Positions 39,097 to 52,794 of a stretch of DNA of 64,000 nt are shown one piece after another; position 1 is the first letter of the stretch; the number at the start of each line of letters is the position of its first letter. The DNA lies in contig JAWMAR010000054.1 of NCBI GenBank assembly GCA_036785375.1, forward strand, positions 4,588,001 through 4,652,000. The letters run 5' to 3'. This stretch comes from Leucoraja ocellata (lineage: Eukaryota). Position numbers and translations under genes: made by a program. The notes below the pieces were generated by a model. The model had not been told where the DNA came from. It made no database searches and saw only the letters and a program-made list of their open reading frames with translations.

Positions 39097-39286
39097 CTTT
39101 TGCTATGACACTCAAAATTAAGCTTAGGTTCATCCTGTTTCCATTGATTATCCTCGAGGTGTTTCTACAACTTGATTGGAGTCCACCAGTGGTAAATTAA
39201 ATTGATTGTTCATGATTTGGAAAGGCACACACTTGTCTATAAAAGGTCCCATAGTTGATAGTGCATGTCGGAGCAAAAACCAAGCC

Positions 39287-40257
39287 ATGAAGACAAAGGA
39301 ATTGTCTGTAGATCTCCGAGACAGGATTCTGTCGAGTCACAGATCGGGGAAAGGGTATAAAACAATTTCTGCAGCATTGCAGGTCCTGAAGTGCACAGTG
39401 GCCTCCGTCATTCTTAAATGGAAGAACTTTGGAACCACCAGGACTCTTCATAGAGCTGGCTGCCCGGCCAAACTGAGCAATCGGGGGAGATGGGCCTTGG
39501 TCAGGGAGGTGACCAAGAACCCGATGATCACTCTGACAGAGCTCCAGAGTTCCTCCGGAAGGACAACTATATCTGCAGCACTCCACCAATCAGGCCTTTA
39601 TGGTAGAGTGGCCAGACGGAAGCCACTCCTCAGTAAAGGCACATGATAGCCCGCTTGGAGTTTGCCAAAAGCGTGGTTTTCTCTGGTGGTCTGGTTTGAT
39701 GAAACCAAGATTGAGGTCTTTGGCCTGAATGCCTAGCGTCACGTTTGGACGAAACCAGGTACCGCTAATCACCTGGCCAATACCATACCTACGGTGATGC
39801 ATGATGGTGACAGCATCATGCTGTGGGGATGTTTTTCAGCGGCAGGAATTGGGAGACTAGTCAGGATTGAGGGAAAGAACAAAGTACAGAGAGATCCTTG
39901 ATGAAAACCTGCTCCAGGGTGTTCTGGACCTTAGATTGGGGCGGAGGTTCACCTTCCAACAGGACACCAGTCCTAAGCACACAGCCAAGACAACGCAGGA
40001 GTGACTTTGTGACAAGCCTGTGAATGTCCTCGAGTGGCCCAGCCAGAGCCCGGACTTGAACCCGATCGAATATCACTGGATGGGACCTGAAAATTGCTGT
40101 GCATCGATGATCCCCATCCAACCTGACAGAGCTTGAGAGGATCTGCAGAGAAGAATGGGAGAAATTACCCAAATACAGATGTGCCAAGCTTGTAGTGTTA
40201 TACCCAAGAAGGCTTGAGGCTGTAATCGCTGCCAAAGGTGCCTCAACAAAGTACTGA
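39287..40257 (+). pseudogene. Tc1 transposase pseudogene
   Basis: MKTKELSVDLRDRI..GKGYKTIS..GCPAKLS (paired-like HTH), RVARRKPLL, DETKI, MLWGCF, FQQD and WPSQSPDLNPIE; multiple stops and deletions. Confidence 0.92.
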
Positions 40258-40587
40258 GTAAAGGGTCTGAATACTTATGTATATGTGATATTTCAGTTAT
40301 TTATTTTTAATTACTTTGCAAACATTTCTAAACACCTGTTTTTTATTATGGGGTATTGTATGTAGATTGATGATAAAAAAAAGAATTTAATCCATTTTAG
40401 AATAAGGCTGCAATGTAACAAAATGTTGAAAAAGTGAAGGGGTCTGAATACTTTCTGAATGCACTGTAGGTGGGATGGGAGAAATAGGTGCACAGGAGAG
40501 AGAGTGGGGTGGAAAGAAGGGGCGGGGGGGTTGTAGGAAGGGAAGGGAGTTGAGTTCTAGATTCACAATGATGTTGCTTTGGATGTT

Positions 40588-41120
40588 GTCTGTGGAATTC
40601 TCTGCCTCAGAGGGCGGTGGAGGCAGGTTCTCGGGATGCTTTCAAGAGAGAGGGCTCTTAAAAATAGCGGAGTCAGGGGATATGGGGAGAAGGCAGGAAC
40701 GGGGTACTGATTGGGGATGATCAGCCATGATCACATTGAATGGCAGTGCTGGCTCGAAGGGCCAAATGGCCTACTTCTGCGCCTATTGTCTATTGGATGG
40801 AGGTTTTCCAGTTATAAGCTCATTTTGTTTTCCTTTGAGTAGAGGAGGCTGCTGGAGGTATATAAAATTATATTGTAGATAATAATTTTAAAGGGGATCT
40901 GAAAGCTACTTTTTTAATTCAGAAGGTAATTGCAATCTGAAAAGCACTGCCTGAGTGGGTGGTGGAAACACACTGTCATGACATTTGAGACGTATCCAGA
41001 TAAGCACTTGAATTGCCAACACGTCAACTGACTACATACCAAATGTTGGCATCAGTAGGATTTTAAAGATCTGCAGAGACATTGTTGGCTGAAGGGCTAG
41101 TTTCTGTGCTAAGACTCTAT
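40588..41120 (+). mobile_element. CR1 3' end fragments
   Basis: ctgtggaattctctgcctcagagggcggtggaggc.. with a ctattgtctat tail, followed by an older CR1 remnant. Confidence 0.7.
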
Positions 41121-43022
41121 TGCCAGAAAAAAATAGCACTGGAGTTGAGTTGACATTGGAGGAGCCTGGCTTGGAGATACTTAATTTTTTTGCATATTTA
41201 ATTAATCTCAGAATAGCTGATACTTTTATTAACTTTTTTTTTGTGTCCCAGATGCCCAGTTTCCTTTGCTAAACTGATCTAAACTTGTAGTGTTACTAAA
41301 GCAAAAACAAACTGCTAGTAAAATTCAATGCATCAGGTGGCATCTGTGGAGGGAAATGGTCAGACAATGTTCTGGGTCGGGACACTTCAGGTATTCCAGC
41401 ATTTCAGCTGATTGTAGTCTCATGGGTCTCCATTGCACTTTTACTAATTTGCTACACAACTCAATGTCAAGAATAGATGGGTATAACCAACTAAAAGTGG
41501 GCACCATCTGTCGCCCTGCTCTTCCGAATTTCTGGTCATTTTTTATCAAAGACTGACTCACTCGGTTGTTAAATACTTCAAGAATGTTATTGTGTATTAT
41601 TATATGTGAATGAGGAAGATTAGATTTGAAAAACAAAGGTCTAGGTCTTTCCCATAAACTATATAATTACTTGTAATAAAAAATAATAAAAAGGAACTGC
41701 AGATGCTGGTTTATACCAAAGATAGACACAAAATGCTCGTGTAACTCAGCGGGTCAGGCAGCATCTTTGGTATTTGAAATCTGGGTTGAGTCTGAACTGG
41801 GAAGTCTGGAACGAGAGATGGAAGCCACAATTATATAATCATTTACCTTGTTATCCTGCCATTTATAAAGATAAAATGGCAAGATCAGGCCACAGAGATG
41901 ATTACACACATATGCTGGCATTGAACATATTACTGACATTGACAATTGATCTACTCTCTTCTGACGAGGTCACAGATGAGATGGACAGACTTCGATTGAA
42001 AAACAAAACGTGCTACTGAACATACAAGATAAGAGAGAAACATGCTACTTGTTGTCTACAAGCATGACTCGCTCTGATTGTATGCATTTCAGACGATTTA
42101 GTATACAAACCAAGTACAATTCTGAAGAAGAATATCAGTAGTTTAGATTTGGACAGCTTCATTAAAGCCCATTATTGAATCTCAAACACACTCACTGGTT
42201 TGACGACCAATCTCTTACTTCTCTCACCTCTTGTTATTTCTCCATTCTTCCCAAAATGCTAGGCTGTACTCAAATTCAATCTAGTACAAAGGCAATTATG
42301 CATCTACAATTCTGTGAGTAAAACCAATAGTAGAGTGGGGAGAAAGATACAAATTGAACAAGTAATTATGTAAATGATAATTCATCATAAAGCTAGGATA
42401 CCTACTACGGATCTCTCCCCAACCCCATTGAAAAAATAAATGATATGAAGGAATAAATAGATGTTTGGCGCATTACATTATGAAATAAATTGTGGTCCAT
42501 TCTTTTAGTTTTTAGTTTACAGTGCGGAAACAGGCCCTTCGGCCCACCGAGTCCACACTGCCCAGCAAACTCCACACTAATACTATCCTACACACACATG
42601 GGAGTAATCCAGCAAGAAACAAAGAAACAACTGTAAAACATTAAAAAATCATAAAAAGGAAGAAAAACCACAGCAAAAGTTAATAGAATACCTTAAAGAC
42701 TGAGAAGGTCAAAATTATATTTGGGAATAAGGTTAAGGTAGGGAAATTAAACAAGTATTTTATGCTTGTCTTCATAGAAGACACAAAAACCCACCGAAAA
42801 TAGTCCCAACTAATGGGGCTCTTGGTACATAACAAGATTAGGCAGAATCAGCATAGATTTATGAAAGAGAAATCATGTTTGACAATCTATTAGTATTTTG
42901 TGAGCTTGTAACAAGCAGAGTAGACTAGGACAAAACGGCTGATGTGGTATTTGTATTTTAAGAAAGCTTTCGGTAAGTGCTACACTAGAGATTTTTTGTA
43001 ACAAAATTGGAATGCATGGTAT

Positions 43023-44115
43023 TGTGAGCACTGGCTCACCCCAAGGCTGTGTCCTAAGCCCCCTGCTGTTTAGTCTGCTTACACATGATTGTACTGCTAG
43101 ACTCAATAACAACTATATCAACAAGTTCGCTGATGACACAACAGTGGTGGGTCTCATCAGCGACAATAATGACTCGGCGTACAGGATGGAGGTGGAGCTG
43201 CTCACAGGTTGGTGCAGATCCCACAACCTCACCCTTAATGTGGAAAAAACTAAGGAGATGGTGGTCGACTTCAGGAGGGCGGGAAAACAACACCATACAC
43301 CGCTGTATATTGATGGAGCTGCTGTGGAGAGGGTCAGCAGTGTGAAGTTCCTAGGACTCCACCTGTCGGATGACCTGACTATGACCAACACCACAGCAGT
43401 GGTCAAAAGAGCCCAACAGCGACTCCACCCTCTCCGGAGACTACGGAAAGCAGGTCTCCCCACTGCCCATCTAAGAACCTTCTATAGGGGCACAATTGAA
43501 AGCATAATAACCTACGGCATCACTTCCTGGTTCGGGAGCTGCAAGGCTTATGAACAATATCAACTAAACAGGATAGTGAAGACCGCCAGCAGGATTATTG
43601 GTGCCCCACTCCCTTTCCTGCTGGAGATATACAAGAAGAGGAGCATCAGTAGAGCCATCTCCATCATTCAGGACCCCTACCACCCATCACATCACATCTT
43701 TTCCATTCTACCATCTGGAAAGAGGTACAGGAGCATCAGCTGCAAAACCAGCAGGATGCTCCTCAGCTTCTTCCCACAGGCAATAAGACTGATTAACGAA
43801 CTTTGGCCCCTCCCAAAATATCGCTCATCCACACATCCAACCGCGCCCATACTTTGACAGTTAGGCACCTGTCAAAGTAAAGCCACTGTGAAGCCACTGT
43901 CGATCAGAATGACTGTTTTTATTATATTGTTAATTTTTAGGCCTACTTTTCTTTTTAAAAATGGAAATTTTAAATTGTTTTTAAAGCTCTATGTATTATC
44001 CTTTTTGTTTTTATTTTTACACTGTATAGAAACCGATTGAGCAACGTTTTTTTGTTTCCTCTGTGTATGCGAGTACTCAGTGAAATGATATTAAAGAAAT
44101 ACTGACACTGATACT
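43023..44115 (+). mobile_element. Young 5'-truncated Rex1/Babar LINE with an uninterrupted RT C-terminal ORF
   Basis: ORF 43012..43857: STGSPQGCVLSPLLFSLLTHDC..KFADDTTVVGLI..KTKEMVVDFRR..LPSGKRYRSI..SFFPQAIRLIN; (actgat)n tail. Confidence 0.92.
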
Positions 44116-44414
44116 GTGGGATGTGGAATGGAACATAAATTAATGTTTTGGAATAAATGGGTAATTTCCAGATATTATGTGGGAAAATATGAAGTCCATC
44201 ATTTAGATAGACAAAATGGCAGACTTTTGTTTTCCCCCCAACAGTAACAGATGTTGATTTTTATCTTTTTATAAAAATAACTGGAATAAATATGCAGATT
44301 CAGCAAGCAATTGAGAAGGCAAATCATCTTATGGTATTTATTGCCAGAGCACTTAAGTGCTAGATTAAAATATGGTCCTTGGTGAGACAGCATCTGGAAT
44401 ATTGTACACTGTGA

Positions 44415-44963
44415 TGGCCCTGTCCCACTTTGGCATGATTTTTCAGGCAACTGTCGGCGACAGGAATTTGCGCTGTAATTAAGACGGTGAAAACACTGTG
44501 TACGGGAAGGATCACATAAGTCCTTTAAAAGAGGGGGTGGAGGTGGGAGAAGTGGAGACAAATTTTAAGAAGCCAGAGGTACACGGCTGAGAAGCTCGGC
44601 GAACATTTAACATTACCGGTCGGTTATTCTTGGTTCTGAAAACTGCTGCTTATGGGTTTTTCTCCCCCAATGAGCCAATTCACCGGTCAGCACTGGCTAC
44701 AACCTACGAGAACCTTCGACCTCCTGGCAACCCACCTACGGCACGAGAATTCTCGCTACTCTCCATAGCGGCTTCATTCTGGTCGCCGCTAATGTTTCAA
44801 CATGTTGACCATAATGAGACCACGACTAGTTCCCAGAATGCGGGAACTCCTCACGACCATGAAGGCAACTACACGGTAACCACCTGCAACCACGTGGCGA
44901 CCATGTGGTGATCGCATAGTCTCCTGCAGTCGACTAAAAAGTTGGCTAAGTGGATCAGGCCCA
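44415..44963. mobile_element. PIF/Harbinger-like MITE
   Basis: TIRs tggccctgtcccactt / aagtggatcaggccca; flanks TGA/TTA resemble a TWA target. Confidence 0.6.
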
Positions 44964-45549
44964 TTATGGTCTCCCTATCTGATAAATGATATACTTGTGA
45001 TAATAGGAGTCTCTTGAAGGTTAATGGATTGATTTTATGGGAAGGCTTACCCATGAGGGGAAATGAAGCACATTGGGTCCACATTCGAGTTTAGAAGAAT
45101 GAGAGGCGATCTCATCAAAAGATGCAAAATTCTTACAAGGGATATTTACATGGCTGGGGTGTCTAAAACCAAGCGACACAGTTGCAAAATTCACAGGAGA
45201 AGTTTTTTTTCACGCAGAGGATAGTTATTGTTTGTATTTCTCTCCACAGCAAGGCATTGGATGCTGAGTCACTGAATATGTTGTGGACAAAGTTGAACAT
45301 TTCTAAATATTTAAAAAAACATGGAGTTACTGCAAGAAAGTGGCACTGAGGTATAAGATCATCCATAATCTTATTGAGTGATTGAATAGTCTAGTGTTTT
45401 AAATTATTTTGTGCTATGCATTTACAACTGTCTCCCTCACCATTACTACCCCACTGATGTTGTTCCCAAAACCCTGAGGCCCTGACAGTGACTCATCTAT
45501 ATAATTAAAAGTCTCATCTTGAACACTTCCTGTTAGCACTGCATATTGA

Positions 45550-45690
45550 TTTTAGAAAAAACGCTACCACTTACGGCTGTGATTTTGGCCATTTTACTCA
45601 GTCCCCCTCCGCTGTGCAGGACAAGAGGATTTTTCCAATCGATGAAAAATAAAAGACAATGTTTAAAAAATCTCTCTCCTGTCAATTACG
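45550..45690 (+). mobile_element. Fragment of the Helitron family at 59964-61242 (opposite orientation)
   Basis: aaaaacgctaccacttacggctgtgattttggccat.. is the reverse complement of 60440-60565. Confidence 0.7.
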
Positions 45691-46452
45691 CCATGAAGAC
45701 CATTTTGTTCGCTCTCCTTCCACCACTGACTAACCATTCTCTCCTCTGAACAGAAATCAATTTAATTTCTTCTCCTACCCCGACACCAATCTCACAACAA
45801 TCATCATTCCATTCCTTCTCTGTCCCAAGCTCCCTCCCCCCACAAATCATGCACCAGTTGTTCATTGTTGCCAAATACAACCATTAATGGCATACTGCAA
45901 AACCAGTAACGTACACATACATTTGGGTACAGAAGAAATTTGAGACAAAATGGTTTTAAAAGTAAAATATGTTTGATTGGTTATTGAATACAATACAATT
46001 TTGAGACAGGTGGAGGCAGGTTCATTGGTATCATTTAAAAATAAATTGGATAGGCATATGGATGAGAAGGGAATGGAGGGTTATGGTACGAGTGCAGGCA
46101 GGTGGGACTAAGGGAAAAAAAGTTGTTCGACACGGACTTGTAGGGCCGAGATGTCCTGTTTCCGTGCTGTAATTGTTATATGGTTATAATTTTACCAGAA
46201 AATGGGTTGCAAGCAGCCGCCTCCATGTGGCGCATCCCGGGCAATGCTGCGACAGGAACTGTACCACAGTGACTGACTGAAGTAGCCAATTCTGCAACCA
46301 CCAACCGTCACTGACCGACCGGAAAGACGTGAGATAGAAGATGGCCGGACACGAGGAAGAACCAGAAAATGGAAGCCCACAATTTTTTCTTCTACTTCTT
46401 CATATGACTAATGCACTAATGCATGGTGGGACCCAGGCATCAGTAGCATCTA

Positions 46453-46672
46453 AGGTAGACAAAGGTGCTGGAGACACTCAGAGGGTGCAGCAGCATCTAT
46501 GGAGCGGAGGAAATAGGCAACGTTTCGGACCGAAACCCTTCTTCAGACTGAAGAAGGGGTTCGGCCCGAAACTTTGCCTATTTCCTTCGCTCCATAGATG
46601 CTGCTGCACCCACTGAGTTTCTCCAGCACTTTTGTCTACCTTCGATTTTCCAGCATCTGCATTTCCTTCTTA
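46453..46672. repeat. Palindromic Penelope pLTR pair with back-to-back hammerhead cores
   Basis: Arms of about 93 bp centred at 46547: ..cgtttcggaccgaaacccttcttcag A ctgaagaaggggttcggcccgaaactt.. Confidence 0.8.
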
Positions 46673-47334
46673 AACACATCAGTAGCATCTAAGCATGCAT
46701 GTACATGTGGCTGACAAATGACACATAACTCGAATTGGTCTTTGAACAGATTCCAAGACATGAGATCTAGGCAATCCCAGTTCCCTCACCTTAATTAAGA
46801 TCCCAACACCCCCTCCCCCCTCATGGTTGCATTGATATCCTCCATCATGGCTCAGTCCCATCTTCAAGGTGCTCATCTGCCAATTCTCAACCAGACCTCT
46901 TTATACCACAGCCATAATCCTTAAATTACGTGCCTGCAGTAAAAATGCCTGCAAGTTACCCATTTTCCTTCATCTGCTCCTTCATTGTGAAACTTGAAGA
47001 ATCATCCTTGAGTGCAATAATCCTCTAAGAAAAATGTTTGTGTTTAAGTTTATTATTGTCACATGTACAGTGAAGAGCTTTGTTTTCCATGCTATCCAAT
47101 GAAATCAGATAATAATATACATAATACAATGAAGTCAAACTCAAATACAATATGTAGAGTAAAGGGGAAGATACAGTTCAGAATATAGTCCAGAGCATTG
47201 TAGTGCACCAGTTCCATGGACAATGTCCAATATCCGCAATGGGCTCAGTGTGAATCAGACAGATTCCAAGCTTATGGGAAGACCATTCAACAGCCTGATA
47301 ACTAATCAGAAACACTGATTCTATTGAGCACTAA

Positions 47335-47855
47335 CATGACAATAGGTGCAGTAGGCCATTCGGCCCTTCGAGCCAGCAACGACATTCAATGTGATCATGG
47401 CTGATCACCCACATTCAGTACCCCATTCCTGCCTCCTCTCCATATCCATATCTCTCTTGAAAGCATTCAGAGAACCAGCCTCCACCGCCCTCTGAGGCAG
47501 AAAATTCCACACAGTCACAACTCTCTGTGTGAAAAGGTTTTTCATCATCTCTGTTCTAAATGGCTTACCACTTATTCTTAATCTATGGCCCCTGGTTCTG
47601 GACTCCCCCAACATTGGGAACATGTTTCCTGCCTCTAGCGTGTCCAAACCCTTAATAATCTTACGTTTCAATAAGATCTTCTCTCATCCTTCTAAGTTCC
47701 AGAGTATACAAGCCCAGCCACTCCAATCTATCAACATATGACAATCCTGCCATCTTGGGAATTAACCTTGTGAACCAATGCTGCACTCCCTCAATAGCAA
47801 GAATGTCCTTCCTCAAGTTTGGAGACCAAAACTGCACGCAATACTCCAGGTGTGA
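47335..47855 (-). mobile_element. CR1 3' end
   Basis: HLEYCVQFWSPNLRKDILAIEGVQ..LGLYTLELRRMREDLIET. Confidence 0.9.
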
Positions 47856-49299
47856 CATGTTGGTCAATGATATGTTGCACTAGAAGAATAAAGCATTTTA
47901 GTCCTTCTGCCACTTGTTTGACTCACCTTTCCAGAAGCCTGAGAATTTCCGAGTCCGAATATTTACCTTTAATTAAACCACATATGAAAATGTATGCACA
48001 TGGTTGTTCACATCAGTTATCCGCTGCACAAGTAGTCTCCAACTTCTCATCAGCATGAGGCTTAGAGCTGACAAGTGGTCACGAATATTCCAGGTAAAAT
48101 ATCATGGGAGGAAACAAAGGATGATTTTGGAGCAGTGAAAATGGAGCTGTAACCTGATATTCTTTATTCTGAATTCAGTCTAGTTTTCAATCGCGAGTTA
48201 GAGAAAAGCATTGGATCATCAATAATATGCTTATGCAAACTTAATCCACAACAATATATGTAGGTATTCAAATGAACTTGAGTCGCCTGGAACACATTCT
48301 TATTGCCATGTTTATCTGTACTTTTCTATGTGGCCTTTTGTAATCAAACCAAGAAATACATAGTCATGAAGTATTCTAACAAGTTTTCCTTTAGGCATTC
48401 TTAGCATGTGTATATGTGTGCAAAGTGTAAGAGTTGTGTTAATGTTGGCAGGATTGTGTTAAATTCTGAAACTTTTCCAAGCTTTCAGTGTGTAAGGTTA
48501 GCCTTTAAAAACCTTTGTCAGTGTGTAAACACTGAATTAAACAATGCCTCAGGTTCAATTCAGTGTGGACTGCCTCAATAAGCATGTTCCTGGTCTAGAT
48601 GAATTATGTTGTACTCTACAGTGCACTAGAAGAACCTAAAGACTGCGCTTAAGCGGGAGTTAATATTACACCAGGATTTCATTGACCAGATTAATTTTGA
48701 ATTCAAGGTCTAGCTAGCATTCATTTTAATGGCTGAAGCTATTCTTCCTTAAAGTGTCCCTCCAACCATGAAACATGCTACCCAAAACAAGTGGAAGAAG
48801 TGGAATAAGTCTAAAGAAAGGGCACGACCTGAAGTATCACCCATCCTTCTTCTCCAGAGATGCTTCCCGACCCGCTTCGTAACTCCAGCAAGTTGGGCCT
48901 AATTTAGGTACAAACCAGCATGTGCAGTTCCTTGTTTCTACAAGTGGAAGGAGCTTAATTATGGTTATGAGTGGAGAAAAAATGATGTAATTTAACATTT
49001 CTAATATTTTAACAATAAGCACTTCAGAACATTCATATAGCAGTCATTTTTAGTACAATCAACATCTTTGCATGTCAGCGTGATGGTACAGTAGCTGGTA
49101 CTGCAGAGTTCCAGAACGTAGATTTGATCCTGAGCTTGTCTGCTATCTTTGTGGAGTTTGTATGCTTTCTCTGTGATCATGTAGATTTTCATACAGTACT
49201 TTGGTTTTCTCCGAATTCCAAGGATGAGAGGGTATCTTAACTGGCCAGTTAATTAATAATTTTTCCTTCACACATTCCTTGATACAATTCTGAGGATTT

Positions 49300-51665
49300 T
49301 TAGTGGTTCCAGCACATCCGACTGGTAATATTCCTGGACCCTAGTGGGGGCGGGGAGATTGTGGGGGGAGGAGGAGGGGTGTGTGGGTGGGGGAGGTTGT
49401 GTGGGGAGGGGGGGTGTGTGGACAGGTTGTGGGGGGGGTGGTGTGTGTGTGTAGGGGTGCGTGGGAGGGGGATGTGGGGGGGGGGGGGGGTTGTGGGGTG
49501 GCCTTGGGGTGTGTGGGCGGGGGTTGTGGGGTGTGTGGACGGGGGGTTGTGGGGGGTGTCGGCAGGGGAGGGGGGGTGTGGACGGGGGAGAGGAGTGTGT
49601 GGGCGGGAGCTCAGAGAAAAGACAGGGAAGTCATAGAAACATAGAAAATAGGTGCTGGAGTAGGCCATTCGGCCCTTCGAGCCTGCACCGCCATTCAATA
49701 TGATCATGGCTGATCATCCAACTCAGTATCCTGTACCTGCCTTCTCTCCATACCCCCTGATCCCCTTAGCCACAAGGGCCACATCTAACTCCCTCTTAAA
49801 TATAGCCAATGAACTGGCCTCAACTACCTTCTGTGGAAGAGAATTCCAGAGATTCACCACTATCTGTGTGAAAAATGTTTTCCTCATCTCGGTCCTAAAA
49901 GATTTCCCCCTTATCCTTAAACTGTGACCCCTTGTTCGGGACTTCCCCAACATCGGGGACAATCTTCCTGCATCTAGCCTGTCCAACCCCTTAAGAATTT
50001 TGTAAGTTTCTATAAGATCCCCCCTCAATCTTCTAAATTCTAGCGAATACAAGCAGAGTCTATCCAGTCTTTCTTCACATGAAAGTCCTGACATCCCAGG
50101 AATCGGTCTGGTGAACTTTCTCTGTACTCCCTCTATGGCAAGGATGTCTTTCCTCAGATTAGGAGACCAAAACTGTACACAAGACTCCAGGTGTGGTCTC
50201 CCAAGTCCCTGTACAACTGCAGTAGAACCTCCCTGCTCCTATACTCAAATCCTTTTGCTATGTATGCTAACATACCATTCGCTTTCTTCCCTGCCTGCTG
50301 CACCTGCATGCCTACTTTTAATGACTGGTGTACCATGACACCCAGGTTTCGTTGCATCTCCCCTTTTCGTAATCGGCCACCATTCAGATAATAGTCTATT
50401 TCCCTATTTTTGCCACCAAAATGGATAACCTCACATTTATCCACATTATACTGCATCTGCCATGCATTTGCCCACTTACCCAGCCTATCCAAGTCAGCTA
50501 GCATCCTCCTCACAGCTAACACTGCCCCCCAGCTTCGTGGCATCCGCAAACTTGGAGAGGTTGCATTCAATTCCCTCGTCCAAATCATTAATATATATTG
50601 TAAATAGCTGGGGTCCCAGAACTGAGCCTTGCGGTACACCACTAGTCACTGCCTGCCATTGTGAAAAGGACCCGTTTACTCCTACTCTTTGCTTCCTGTT
50701 TGCCAGCCAGTTCTCAATCCACATCAATACTGAACCTCCAATACCATGTGCTTTAAGTTTGTATACTAATCTCTTGTCGAAAGCCTTCTGAAAGTCCAGA
50801 TATAACACATCCACTGGTTCTCTCTTATCCACTCTACTAGTTACATCCTCGAAAAATTCTATAAGATTTGTCAGACATGATTTACCTTTCATAAATCCAT
50901 GCTGACTTCGTCAAATGATTTCACCACTTTCTAAATGTGCTGCTATCCCATCTTTAATAACTGATTCTAGCAGTTTCCCCACTACCGATGTTAGACTAAC
51001 TGGTTTGTAATTCCCAGTTTTCTCTCTCCCTCCCTTTTTAAAAAGTGGGGTTACATTAGCTACCCTCCAATCCTCAGGAACTACTCCAGAATCTAAAGAG
51101 TTTTGAAAAATTATCACTAATGCATCCACTATTTCTGGGGCCACTTCCTTAAGTACTCTGGGATGTAGTCTATCTGGCTCTGGGGATTTATCGGTCTTTC
51201 ATGGGGGAGAGGGTGGTATCACGGGCGAGAGGGGGGTATCACGTGGAGGGGGGGGGGGGCCCGGAGTCATCGAAGGGGACCGGAGCCATCGCGGGGGACC
51301 AGAGGGGAAGGGGCTGGAGCTGGCAGTGCGATGGGGACTCACCGCGGGCGCTGGTCGTTCTCCTCTGTTGGGATCAGAGTCTCCGCTTTCCGTTTTGCGA
51401 CATCTCCGACTCCGCGCCAGGCTGGGCCGCTTCCGGTCCCTCCGAAAATTGATCTGCGCACGTGCGATTTTAAAGATTTTTAAACCTCGCTAACTTTTAC
51501 AGCATGCCACCAATCGGAACGAAACTTGTTGCACTTGCAGCACAGGAGAACGGTGAGTGAGCTGGCGAAAAATCGTAGCACTATTGCGTACCATTTTTGC
51601 GCAAATAGAAAAAATGCAGAAACCGGAAGATAACAAGATCAGAGTTTTAGTTATGTTTTGATAGA
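49300..51665 (-). mobile_element. Probable non-autonomous Helitron with G-rich interior, interrupted by CR1
   Basis: 51620-51666 (ccggaagataacaagatcagagttttag..atagat) resembles the 5' terminus of the Helitron at 61205-61243. G-rich blocks lie on both sides of the CR1. The 3' terminus was not clearly found. Confidence 0.5.
49633..51198 (-). mobile_element. CR1 LINE, 5'-truncated (about 1.55 kb)
   Basis: [75 protein letters not shown]; (atagaaac) tail. Confidence 0.95.
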
Positions 51666-52794
51666 TTTCAGAGTTAACTGCTTTTTTGAAGAATTAGGTA
51701 GTACAATTATACCCAGTGTGCCAGCGCTTTGAAAGCATATTAAAATGATGCGAAATGAATAGAACATATTGTAAAGGCATTATTCCATCCGTCCTTTCTA
51801 TTTCCACATATGTTCCAATTTTGACAAATTACCCCCTCTGTTTAATGGTTGTGGGTTGCATTTCTCAAGATAATTCAATAAACCTTGTAATTACAGTAGT
51901 TTTTCCACAGTCACCTGAAATTAATCAGATTTGTGCATTGACAGGAAGCGATATATATTTTTACAAATCTACAGCAAGGTTATCATCTGAGCAGGTAATA
52001 AATAAAGCAATGAACATCATTTGCAACAATGAATTATGCCTTTTTTCCTCAATGATTAAACATCCCAGTTGTTATGGCCAACATTAATTAATGTTCTTCG
52101 AGTGCTACAGAACCAATCACCAACAAATCAGATTTCTTATTAATGTGTCAAAATAAATCGTTGATATAAACATTGCCTTAAATATAGCAAGTGCTATAAA
52201 AATAATTGCTCTAAATACTTAGTCAGTTCCAAATGTTCTCATCTACGAGCAAAACCTGGCAAATTCCAAGAGATGATCTATTGCGAGGACGTAATAATTT
52301 CACAGTAATGTAAACACTTCCATGGTGGATGTGATAGTCTTATTGTGATTTTATATATCTAAATACAAAAAAACATACAAAACGACATCTGCAGAGAGAG
52401 AAGCAGTTAAAGTTTTAGAATGGCATTCTTCGTATCCTGGTACGCACAGTACAATCTTGTATATGATTATACCATGAAGCTAACCAATGGCATTCTATGT
52501 AGGGTGTTGGTGTTAGAGCACTGAATGAGCAGAAGTGTGATATGGTATTGATATTTGTTGATTCAAAGTAACTGAGCTCAACATGCGTCTGCAAATTATG
52601 CTGTACCAACTTGAATGTGATTCCATATCTAGGCTCACACCATCCATTCCCTTCATAGTTCCCCACGTTTTAGACACATTGCTGATGTATAAAAGCCATG
52701 TGTTCCTCATTACACGTTCCACCATGACTGTGAAACCTAACAAGGTCGAAAGCCCGTATAGAGCATGGTAAACGTTTTTATAAAATCCCACCTC

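Larger units (their letters stand above)
37847..40466 (+). mobile_element. Tc1/mariner (Tc1) DNA transposon, full-length but decayed
   Basis: TA TSDs at 37845-37846 and 40467-40468. TIRs of about 200 bp start CAGTGCATTC and contain internal direct repeats (aagtattcagacc), an IR/DR structure. Confidence 0.95.
42760..45400 (+). mobile_element. Old CR1 LINE hosting nested Rex and Harbinger-type insertions
   Basis: CR1 motifs (QHxFMKxKSCLTxL, KAFxKV) before 43021 and (HLEYCxQ, EFRRMRGDLI) after 44117. Confidence 0.65.

Noticed and set aside
49300-49707. Proline- and glycine-rich ORFs
   Set aside because: Translation artefacts of the G-rich low-complexity tract.
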